Below are positions 33,831 to 40,579 of a stretch of DNA of 40,579 nucleotides, piece by piece. Source of the DNA: a virus (taxonomy: Duplodnaviria > Caudoviricetes); IMG/VR virus record IMGVR_UViG_3300032125_000009, positions 1 to 40,579 of that record; one strand, 5' to 3'. A program made the position numbers and the translations under genes. Numbering within the stretch: position 1 is the stretch's first letter; every line of letters starts with the position of its first letter. The notes under the pieces were generated by a model. That model was given only the letters and a program-made list of their open reading frames with translations. It did no database searches and was not told where the DNA came from.

Positions 33831-34900
33831 AATGGTGCGGGTTCAGTTGGAGCTTCATTATCTTCTTGAACTGGTAAGGCGTTTTCTCCTTTAAGTTCTC
33901 CAGTTTCAACATCATAGTTTGGAACATCTGGTTCAATTGGTTCAGAACTAAACTCAATTGTATTGGCAGTTTCAGTGACATCTTTACGCATAGACTTAAT
34001 ATTTTCATCAGTAGCATCTTCATAATTCAAAGCTACATAAGCATTTTCAAAGTTCTTAGGATATTTTTTTGTAAGGTTATTTCTCATTTTGCGGACAATC
34101 ATAGACTCACGACTTTGCGGTTCTTTCCAAGCTGGACTAATATATTTACTTAAATCATCAATTATTAAAAGGTCTTCTAAAGATTTGTCTTTCATCAAAG
34201 ATTTAACCTCTTTTTTCTTTTCATCAATCTGTTTCTTTTGTTCTGGAGTAGCATCGTATTTTGATTTAGCAATCCCAAACGTTTCCGTCATCAGATTATT
34301 ACTAATGTGTGCAGATAAATTTCTAACAACATCATCACGTTCAGCAATTAAGTATTCAACTGAACCATCTGTTTTTGAAACCGGATAAACAATTCGTACT
34401 ACTTTACCTTTACCGGTTGGTTCCCATTCTGGAGGAGTCGTTTCAAGCCCCTTCATTTTCGGATAATTGAATCCATCATGTTCTCTAACTTCCCAGAACT
34501 TATGAACTTGTTTAACACCACGTCCGAATCTTGAAAGTATGGCATCATTTCCATCCCCTTCAATACCCAATTCAAGAAGCGTTATCCAAGCATTTCCCGC
34601 TTTCTTTTTGCGAGTCATGAAGTAAACTTCTCTTGGTGTTGCTGTTGCGTTCAATTGGAGTGAAGCAACTTGTAGAAGTATTTGTGTTAATGTTTGTTGG
34701 TCCACATTGCTAATGGTCATATTTGATTGTTCTAAAGTGTTATTGATTTCTGCCAAAGCATTCATAACACATTGCTTTTGATAATCACTCATGTTCACAC
34801 CATTACCTTGAAGTTGATCAGTTATCATTGGTAAATAAGTGTCATTCACCTTTGCTAATTTAGTTTTGAAACCTTCTGTTTTTGCTATTTCATTTGTCAT
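33827..34900 (-). CDS. recT: RecT-like single-strand annealing protein
   Basis: VASLQLNA...EVYF...LGIEGDG...VREHD.F...W....ESMIVRKMRNN; acidic tail DVETGE...PF; lies between the ATPase and the MBL gene. Confidence 0.72.
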   Translation of the reverse strand: MTNEIAKTEGFKTKLAKVNDTYLPMITDQLQGNGVNMSDYQKQCVMNALAEINNTLEQSNMTISNVDQQTLTQILLQVASLQLNATATPREVYFMTRKKKAGNAWITLLELGIEGDGNDAILSRFGRGVKQVHKFWEVREHDGFNYPKMKGLETTPPEWEPTGKGKVVRIVYPVSKTDGSVEYLIAERDDVVRNLSAHISNNLMTETFGIAKSKYDATPEQKKQIDEKKKEVKSLMKDKSLEDLLIIDDLSKYISPAWKEPQSRESMIVRKMRNNLTKKYPKNFENAYVALNYEDATDENIKSMRKDVTETANTIEFSSEPIEPDVPNYDVETGELKGENALPVQEDNEAPTEPAPF

Positions 34901-34969
34901 GTTATTTTTCCTTCTTTCTATTTATAGTTTTATTTGAGATAATAGTTTAGGAAAAGGTGGTGATTTAAT

Positions 34970-35176
34970 ATGATAGCTTATACTGCACTTATTGCTTTAA
35001 AAAATGGTGAATTTATAACTGTAGAAAATTTTAAAGAAGTTAAATTTGGTACCGAATCAAATGTTGCTGATAAATTTAATGATTTCAGGTTACACTCGAA
35101 TAGATCTTATTCTTTTGTAGGAGATAGCATTACCTGCCTGTTAGGAACTGATATTTTATATATTACTGTAAGTTAA
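34970..35176 (+). CDS. Small counter-oriented hypothetical protein
   Basis: 68 aa, AAGGTGGTGA RBS, upstream TG-a-GATAAT, downstream terminator. Confidence 0.7.
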   Translation: MIAYTALIALKNGEFITVENFKEVKFGTESNVADKFNDFRLHSNRSYSFVGDSITCLLGTDILYITVS

Positions 35177-35190
35177 TATGCTCTTCACTG

Positions 35191-35222
35191 CTCCTCCTGT
35201 ATCCTGCAGAGAGGAGTTTTTT
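35191..35222 (+). terminator. Terminator between the convergent small ORF and the ATPase
   Basis: ctcctc...gaggag followed by tttttt. Confidence 0.65.
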
Positions 35223-35227
35223 ATTAC

Positions 35228-37174
35228 TTACGCTTGCACCTCCACCTTAAATACAGGATCACCACTAACAATCAATGAAATCATTTGTGCTTGTGTATCA
35301 ATCAATTCATTTACTGATTCAGCATTGTCTACAAAGATTGGAGCCGATACTTGGTAATGATTTGATAGAGTGTTGATAATATCTAGACCAACATTGATAC
35401 GTGCAGCGTTGTTTAAATTGGTACTGTATTCAGAACCACCATACGTTGCCTCGCACACTTCGTTGATTCCACCATTCTTTTGAATATCGAACAATTTAAA
35501 GTTGGCCATGCTAAATTTTGAGTTGATCTCTTTCTCCAGGAGTTGAACTTTACGTCTAGTAAATTCATCTGTTAGGAACTCTTGACGTTCTAACTCTTCA
35601 TAAGTTGAAGCTAGATTACTATGTTCATCTTTCAATTCATTAATACGATTCAATTGTTTTTCTTTTTGACTGAATAAAGAAAGTTGCTTTCTAGCTTCAT
35701 CAACTGCAGTAGAAACTTCACGAATAAGATTGTTGTACTTTTCTATTGAAGATTGTAAATTCGTTTGTTCGTTTATCATTAATATTGAAACGGCTTGAAT
35801 TTCAGAAACTATTTTTTTACTTTCATCTGAATCTTCAAATTGGCCATGACGTTCTTTTGTCAATTCCAACTCTTCTTTAAATCTGTCTAATGAATCTTTA
35901 GCCATGTCGCGTTTAGAAATTAAAGAATGAAGATCGTTCGTTAATTGTTTTAATTCAGATTCAATAGTTCCGATTTTTAAAGCTGCTGCTTTACCATTCG
36001 CAAGAATCTTTTCAACATCTTCTGATTTCTTTTTGTTAAATGTGGTTTTCATTTGCTCAACTTGATCACCAGGTAAATCTTGGCCACACATTTGACAAGA
36101 AGATTTATGTTCATCAAACGTTTCTTCTTTTCTGGAATTGTAAGACTTCAACAAGTTTGTCTTAGAATCTTGTTCTCTTGTTAAATTTTGTTCAGTGTTA
36201 GAAATTTGAGACTCTTTTTCCCAAACCGCTTGGTTCTTTGCGTTTAAATCTATAGTCAATTTATTAATATCATTGATAAGATTTTCAGTTGATAATTGAT
36301 TTGATTGAAAGAAACGCGATTTTTCTTCCGTTAGTTTCAAATCTAGTTGACCACGTTTGTTTTTCAATTCAGTGATTGCCCCACCGTTTTTCAATTCAGC
36401 AATTTTATTTTGTGCTTCTTCAATTTTGTTTTTATTGGAACCTACAAGAGCATTTAACTGATCCTGGTCAATGCCTTCAGTATTAGGTATGGCTTTTTCA
36501 GCTTCGTCAAACCGTGCTGTCATGCCATCAATAGAATTAGCGACTTCTTTTTTCTTAGCTGAAATGATTTTCTTTTGTTCTTCAACGCTGTGGCCATCAA
36601 GAACTTTAGTTAGTCCAGCAAGCTCTTCATTCTTTTTTATCACCTCTTCATCCGTCACGCCATCTACTAACTGAATCAATACTTCTCTTCGTTTGGTCCA
36701 ATCAAGTGAATTGAACGCTGCTGGATTCGTTAGCAATTTAAACGTGTCTTCATCAATCAGTTCATCAATATATGACTTGAATTCTTTTGCTGTGCTACAC
36801 GGTACCTGGTTAACGTAGAACTTTGTTTTATCTGATTTGCGTTCTTTCTCTGCACGGCCTTTGATTTTGGACCACACTTCTACAAGCTCACGTTTTAATA
36901 AAATACGTTGGCCATCTACTAGTAGTTCGGCTTCAACGATTGGTTCCTTACCTAAAATTTCATTGCGGTATTTATCGAATGGTTTTACTTTAAATTTTGA
37001 CCTTTCAGCACTATCTTTGCCGAACATCAACCACAAGAAGCCATCGTACAAAGTTGTCTTTCCTATTGCGTTTCGTGCTGCTACATCTACATTGCTACCA
37101 TCTAAAACTAGTTTGTAGTCTTTTATCCCTTTAAAGTTTTCATAACGGATCCAATCGATTTTAATATCTTTCAA
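35228..37174 (-). CDS. Rad50/SbcC-like coiled-coil ABC ATPase
   Basis: ENFKGI, NAIGKTT (Walker A), central CQMC hook within a coiled coil, LNNAA signature, IFVDNAES (Walker B). TTG 37174 fits the RBS better than GTG 37183. Confidence 0.9.
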   Translation of the reverse strand: MKDIKIDWIRYENFKGIKDYKLVLDGSNVDVAARNAIGKTTLYDGFLWLMFGKDSAERSKFKVKPFDKYRNEILGKEPIVEAELLVDGQRILLKRELVEVWSKIKGRAEKERKSDKTKFYVNQVPCSTAKEFKSYIDELIDEDTFKLLTNPAAFNSLDWTKRREVLIQLVDGVTDEEVIKKNEELAGLTKVLDGHSVEEQKKIISAKKKEVANSIDGMTARFDEAEKAIPNTEGIDQDQLNALVGSNKNKIEEAQNKIAELKNGGAITELKNKRGQLDLKLTEEKSRFFQSNQLSTENLINDINKLTIDLNAKNQAVWEKESQISNTEQNLTREQDSKTNLLKSYNSRKEETFDEHKSSCQMCGQDLPGDQVEQMKTTFNKKKSEDVEKILANGKAAALKIGTIESELKQLTNDLHSLISKRDMAKDSLDRFKEELELTKERHGQFEDSDESKKIVSEIQAVSILMINEQTNLQSSIEKYNNLIREVSTAVDEARKQLSLFSQKEKQLNRINELKDEHSNLASTYEELERQEFLTDEFTRRKVQLLEKEINSKFSMANFKLFDIQKNGGINEVCEATYGGSEYSTNLNNAARINVGLDIINTLSNHYQVSAPIFVDNAESVNELIDTQAQMISLIVSGDPVFKVEVQA

Positions 37175-37225
37175 TTCGTCCACTCCTTATTTGTGATATA
37201 ATTTTGGTATAAAAATACTTTGTTC

Positions 37226-37264
37226 AGTCACTGACTTTGCTTGCCGGCGGTCAGTGACTTTTTT
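37226..37264 (+). terminator. Hairpin with U-tract on the + strand, antisense to the early operon
   Basis: agtcactgac...gtcagtgact followed by a T-run. Confidence 0.65.
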
Positions 37265-37457
37265 GTGTTCCAAAACGTGTTGAAATTCCTTTTGCATATT
37301 TAGCTTGCTGCTGAATGTATCGTGCGTTTGGATCACCGTCACTTGCTAACCAGTCGGTAATTCGTTTATCGACATCTGTTAAAACGATTAATGCTATTTC
37401 ACTAGGTACATTACTTAGTGCTTCCGTAATTTCAGTTGCATAATTAATTTCCATCAC
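37251..37457 (-). CDS. Small conserved-type phage protein
   Basis: VLTDVDKRITDWLASDG...YIQQQ..YA pattern; AGGAGG RBS. Confidence 0.75.
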   Translation of the reverse strand: MMEINYATEITEALSNVPSEIALIVLTDVDKRITDWLASDGDPNARYIQQQAKYAKGISTRFGTQKSH

Positions 37458-37468
37458 CTAACCTCCTT

Positions 37469-37762
37469 TCAGTCTTTTTCGTTTCTCATCATTTCCATTA
37501 AAGTTTTTGCAGCAAGCATAGGATTTTGTTCAGTTAAGTCTTCGAACACTCTTTCAATTGTTTGGTCAAAAGCACTTTTAATTTGCGGAAGATGTTTTGA
37601 ATGTAGCGTGTTTGCGCTTGTCACTTCCACCTTATCAATGCTGTGTTCTTTAACTTGGATAACCATGATTGAATCTTCTGGTTCGAACCCATCCAACATT
37701 GCTTGTATTTTAGCGATTGCTTGTTCTTGACTTGGTTTGATAATAAATTTGTTATTTCCCAT
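37469..37762 (-). CDS. Hypothetical early protein
   Basis: 97 aa, AGGAG RBS. Confidence 0.7.
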   Translation of the reverse strand: MGNNKFIIKPSQEQAIAKIQAMLDGFEPEDSIMVIQVKEHSIDKVEVTSANTLHSKHLPQIKSAFDQTIERVFEDLTEQNPMLAAKTLMEMMRNEKD

Positions 37763-37779
37763 CGTTTCATCTCCTGATT

Positions 37780-37998
37780 TTATTTGGCTTCAGCCAACAT
37801 CTTTTCTCCTGTTTCAAATAAAAGTTCTAAAGAGTTCTTTGCAGCTAACTTCTTGCTAGTAACCAACTCATCATCTTTATGGATAGAAATTTTATTGAAG
37901 TCAGACATCTTTGTAATCCTTGCTTCAAGTTCTCCATCCTCTTTGCTGTAGTAATCAACAAAGTTTTTATTTTTAAACTCCCACGGCATACTTTTCAC
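37780..37998 (-). CDS. Hypothetical early protein
   Basis: ORF with an AGGAGG RBS; the true start may be the ATG three codons in. Confidence 0.65.
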   Translation of the reverse strand: MKSMPWEFKNKNFVDYYSKEDGELEARITKMSDFNKISIHKDDELVTSKKLAAKNSLELLFETGEKMLAEAK

Positions 37999-38001
37999 CT
38001 C

Positions 38002-38211
38002 CTAACTTCTAACAATGTTGTAATTGAAATTCGAAGCTTTAAAATTATGAGCTTGTGTTAATTTTCTCATTTGATTGTTGTCGATTTTTGTTAATTCACG
38101 AGTGATTGAATTTGCTTCAGTTGAACCTGTTAGATTGACGACTAATTTACTAGAGAAAACGACACCTCTCTCTTTTTGTTTTTTAGTTAGGGATCTGTAG
38201 ATGTTTTGCAT
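38002..38211 (-). CDS. Hypothetical early protein
   Basis: 69 aa, LT.KQKERGVVFSS. Confidence 0.65.
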   Translation of the reverse strand: MQNIYRSLTKKQKERGVVFSSKLVVNLTGSTEANSITRELTKIDNNQMRKLTQAHNFKASNFNYNIVRS

Positions 38212-38227
38212 TACCCGTATGCGCCTC

Positions 38228-38386
38228 CTAGTTAAACCGGAATATAATCAAAAGCGGTAAACAGATAATGATCATTGCTGCAATAGATCCGTAAAATATA
38301 TAAAAGTCTCTTTTAGCAATTCTTTTGCTTCCAAAGAAAAACATATTGGATGACCAGATTAGTTTTTTGATTGTTTCTGGTGACAT
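38228..38386 (-). CDS. Small membrane protein
   Basis: 52 aa from ATG 38386 (AGGAG RBS); C-terminal hydrophobic helix. Confidence 0.6.
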   Translation of the reverse strand: MSPETIKKLIWSSNMFFFGSKRIAKRDFYIFYGSIAAMIIICLPLLIIFRFN

Positions 38387-38390
38387 TAAA

Positions 38391-38651
38391 TCATCTCCTA
38401 TATCTATTTTTTTCAAGCCATCTAAAATACTCTTCAAAAGTATCTAAATGTATCAAAACTATTTTGTGAGTTGGATTAACCACACCAGGTGCAAATTTTG
38501 GGTTATCACGCATACCTTTCAACCAATAATTTAATGTTGATTTGTTCATGCTATACATTTTGCAGATGACTTCTTTATTACCGTATTTAATTTTTGCACG
38601 TTCGGGATCTTGGCTCACTTCATTAAGATTGATTGTTATTGGTTTAGACAC
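38391..38651 (-). CDS. xis: Excisionase-like DNA-binding protein
   Basis: STLNYWLKGMRDNPKF...NPTHKIVLI...F..Y..W...NRY resembles streptococcal-phage excisionases; GTG start after GGGAGG. Confidence 0.65.
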   Translation of the reverse strand: MSKPITINLNEVSQDPERAKIKYGNKEVICKMYSMNKSTLNYWLKGMRDNPKFAPGVVNPTHKIVLIHLDTFEEYFRWLEKNRYRR

Positions 38652-39409
38652 TATACTTCCTCCCATATTCCATATTTGATAGCCATATTCTTAACGACTG
38701 ATACATAAATTTCTTTTAAACGATGATCCTCAGCAATAATGTCTAATTTGTTCAAACGTTTAATCGTTGATTTACCTATTCCTTGAGCAATCATGTTTTT
38801 CTTGCGATTTTCTAAACGAATAGTTAAGCTGCAACGAGCTTTGTCTTCTAGTAATACATAACTTTCATTTCCAATTTCTTTGAATTTATCGAATCCGCCC
38901 TGTTTAATAGCAATTTTGCGAATAATGCCATTTACTTCTTTGCGCCAATCTTTCGTGTCCATTGTTAATAAATCTGCAATACTATCAAATTTATTTTCTA
39001 GGTGTTTTGTAGCAATTTCTTGATTTGCCAATGTTTTGAACATTTGGTTAAACATTTGAAGTTCTGGACTTAATGAAGATGTATCAAGTTCTTGTTTGAT
39101 GTGTTTCTCCATTTCGTTGAAAGCTTGGATGTATTTAATTTTGAAATCATCTGCTTTACTCCCAGTAAATCCCATTGCTATAAAAGTGAAACCATCTCGA
39201 TTCATGTAATACATTTTTTGATTTCTATTACGAGAATCTTGGTAAATACCTTCTGCAAACATCGATTTGTAATGAGCGGAATTTTCCGCCGATTGAATTT
39301 TGTTATTAATAGCTTCTAGAACATCTTTATGTTGTTTATCGAATCCTTCTGCAATTTGCAATGAACTCGTTACCGCTTGTCTATCTTTCGTGATTACTAA
39401 ATTTGACAT
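38651..39409 (-). CDS. Rha family regulator/antirepressor
   Basis: TSSLQIAEGFDKQHKDVL...YYMNRDGFTFIAMGFTG.KA..FKIKYIQAFNEME. Confidence 0.92.
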   Translation of the reverse strand: MSNLVITKDRQAVTSSLQIAEGFDKQHKDVLEAINNKIQSAENSAHYKSMFAEGIYQDSRNRNQKMYYMNRDGFTFIAMGFTGSKADDFKIKYIQAFNEMEKHIKQELDTSSLSPELQMFNQMFKTLANQEIATKHLENKFDSIADLLTMDTKDWRKEVNGIIRKIAIKQGGFDKFKEIGNESYVLLEDKARCSLTIRLENRKKNMIAQGIGKSTIKRLNKLDIIAEDHRLKEIYVSVVKNMAIKYGIWEEV

Positions 39410-39517
39410 AGTTGATTTTCCTTCTTTCTAATTTTTTATTCCTTTTGTTATTTAATAGTGAGATAATCTCCTTATCAGCAAGTGACCTGCTGGAATAAAT
39501 TTAAGGTGGTGAAAAAT

Positions 39518-39748
39518 ATGTCTGATAAATTGAGTCCAAAACCATCTGGTAACCGCGAGCCTGAATGGGGTTGGGATATGTTAAATAACTTTTTACAAGA
39601 TACCTTTAAACGTCCTGCTGGCGAACAAAACTGGTCAAGAATTGACACCATGCATTACAAGATGTCAAAAGAAGAAATTATTGCCGAATTAAAACAACAA
39701 GGTTATAACGTTAGAGAAGAATCAGAAACTAGTTTATTTTTGACTTAA
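39518..39748 (+). CDS. Small counter-oriented hypothetical protein
   Basis: 76 aa from ATG 39518, AAGGTGGTGA RBS, upstream TG-a-GATAAT. Confidence 0.65.
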   Translation: MSDKLSPKPSGNREPEWGWDMLNNFLQDTFKRPAGEQNWSRIDTMHYKMSKEEIIAELKQQGYNVREESETSLFLT

Positions 39749-39902
39749 TCTCTATTTGTCCTTTAATTATTTGATTAATAATTGATTCGTTGGTTACGAT
39801 TCTTGCTTTTAAAATATCTTGATTAAAATTTAATTTCTTAATTTCCTTCACGGCTACTCCAATAGCTGTGAGGGTTATTACTGTTTTCATTAAATTATTC
39901 AT
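39729..39902 (-). CDS. 57-aa hypothetical protein after cro (not in the ORF track)
   Basis: GAGGAGG RBS; MNNLMKTVITLTAIGVAVKEIKKLNF...KSKIN. Confidence 0.55.
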   Translation of the reverse strand: MNNLMKTVITLTAIGVAVKEIKKLNFNQDILKARIVTNESIINQIIKGQIEIKSKIN

Positions 39903-39914
39903 CAATATTCCTCC

Positions 39915-40106
39915 TCACTTAATTCCTAATACTTTAATAATTGTCAGCAACATCAAATTTGCTTTTGGTCCTGTTTTTTTGCCATTTAAAACTTCATTCA
40001 AATACTGTGGATTTTCATCTATCAACATAGCCAAATGCTTTTGAGGAATATCTTTCTCATCCAAATGTCTTAATATCTTTGTTCTTAAAGTTAATGTTTC
40101 CGGCAT
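39915..40106 (-). CDS. cro: Cro-like XRE repressor
   Basis: 63-aa HTH QKHLAMLIDENPQYLNEVLNGKK, divergent from cI. Confidence 0.88.
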   Translation of the reverse strand: MPETLTLRTKILRHLDEKDIPQKHLAMLIDENPQYLNEVLNGKKTGPKANLMLLTIIKVLGIK

Positions 40107-40162
40107 TTCTGCAACCTCCTCAAAATAAATTAAGAAAAATAAGCTAATTTGTAAGCTAATCG

Positions 40163-40191
40163 TTGACCAATAATAGCTTTTATGCTAATAT
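40163..40191 (+). promoter_or_regulatory. Putative lysogenic (cI) promoter
   Basis: TTGACC-N17-TAATAT with a TG extension. Confidence 0.6.
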
Positions 40192-40344
40192 AAACCCATA
40201 GCAAATAAGCACAAAACGGCCATAACAACAACGTTGGGGAACGTGTTAAAAAATGTCGATAACTTATTAGCTAACAAACTAGCTTATGAATATAGTATAA
40301 TAGCATAAAAGTCATTTGTCAAACACAAAATGACTTAAAAGCTA
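40174..40344. promoter_or_regulatory. Three related 14-bp operator-like sites
   Basis: tagcttttatgcta (40174), tagcataaaagtca (40301), tgacttaaaagcta (40331). Two lie in the promoter spacers. Confidence 0.7.
40294..40322 (-). promoter_or_regulatory. Putative lytic (cro) promoter
   Basis: TTGACA-N17-TATACT on the - strand. Confidence 0.8.
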
Positions 40345-40380
40345 ATGTTTATTTTCGTGAGCCTTTGAAAGGTGATAACC

Positions 40381-40579
40381 ATGGGAATTGTACATCGAAT
40401 AAAAAATCTAGCAGATTCTAAAAAAACTAGTTTTGCAGAAATAGAAAGAATAGTTGGATTATCTAACGGACAAATCAGAAGATGGGATAACGTTTCTCCT
40501 AAAACTGAAAACTTACAAAAAGTGGCAGACTATTTTGATGTATCTGTAGATTACTTGTTAGGAAGAACTGATCAAGAAA
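40381..40579 (+). CDS. cI: CI/ImmR-like repressor, 5' part (continues at position 93 after the overlap)
   Basis: AAAGGTG RBS, ATG 40381, reading in frame into the ORF at the window start. Confidence 0.93.
   Translation, partial: MGIVHRIKNLADSKKTSFAEIERIVGLSNGQIRRWDNVSPKTENLQKVADYFDVSVDYLLGRTDQE
40488..40579. repeat. Terminal overlap, identical to 1..92
   Basis: Direct sequence identity. Confidence 0.95.

Larger units (their letters stand above)
1..40579. mobile_element. Complete temperate siphophage genome (circular/excised form), HK97-like head with ClpP protease
   Basis: Full set of lysogeny, replication, packaging, head, tail and lysis modules. No host housekeeping genes. The ends overlap by 92 bp. 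Confidence 0.97.

Noticed and set aside
1-40579. Reverse transcriptase systems (DGR/retron), invertible tail cassettes, tRNA genes, methyltransferases, arbitrium
   Set aside because: No RT, second recombinase, MTase motif, TPR receptor with peptide gene, or cloverleaf was seen by eye; tRNAscan/Infernal were not run, so small RNAs could be missed.

Overview
The window is a complete, circularly assembled temperate siphophage genome of about 40,487 bp from a low-GC Firmicute. The last 92 bp repeat the first 92 bp, and the break falls inside the cI gene. A Lactobacillales host such as Carnobacterium or Enterococcus is an inference from protein style only. The + strand carries cI, an ImmA-like protease, a lipoprotein, a tyrosine integrase, an apparently intact attP and a cargo block: a small acidic ORF, a secreted ComEC-type metallo-beta-lactamase-fold hydrolase with a DUF3006-like partner, and two AT-rich orphans. 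The - strand carries the lytic arm. Early genes: cro, Rha, Xis, Rad50-like ATPase, RecT-like recombinase, MBL nuclease, initiator with ori iterons, RusA, PcfK/PcfJ, SSB and a late activator. Late genes: HNH, terminase, HK97-like portal, ClpP and capsid, neck, tail tube, frameshifted chaperones, TMP, Dit, a large tail spike/fibre, an Abi-alpha-like moron and a four-gene lysis cassette. The best candidates for undescribed biology are (1) the secreted basic MBL hydrolase with its acidic partner, a possible nuclease-immunity or receptor-editing pair, (2) an identical C-terminal TVPAG on both capsid and tail tube, differing only at wobble positions, (3) repeated promoter-hairpin-U-tract antisense sRNA units, and (4) an orphan 16-nt anti-16S element before the head genes. 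All family calls come from motif recognition by eye; no searches were run.
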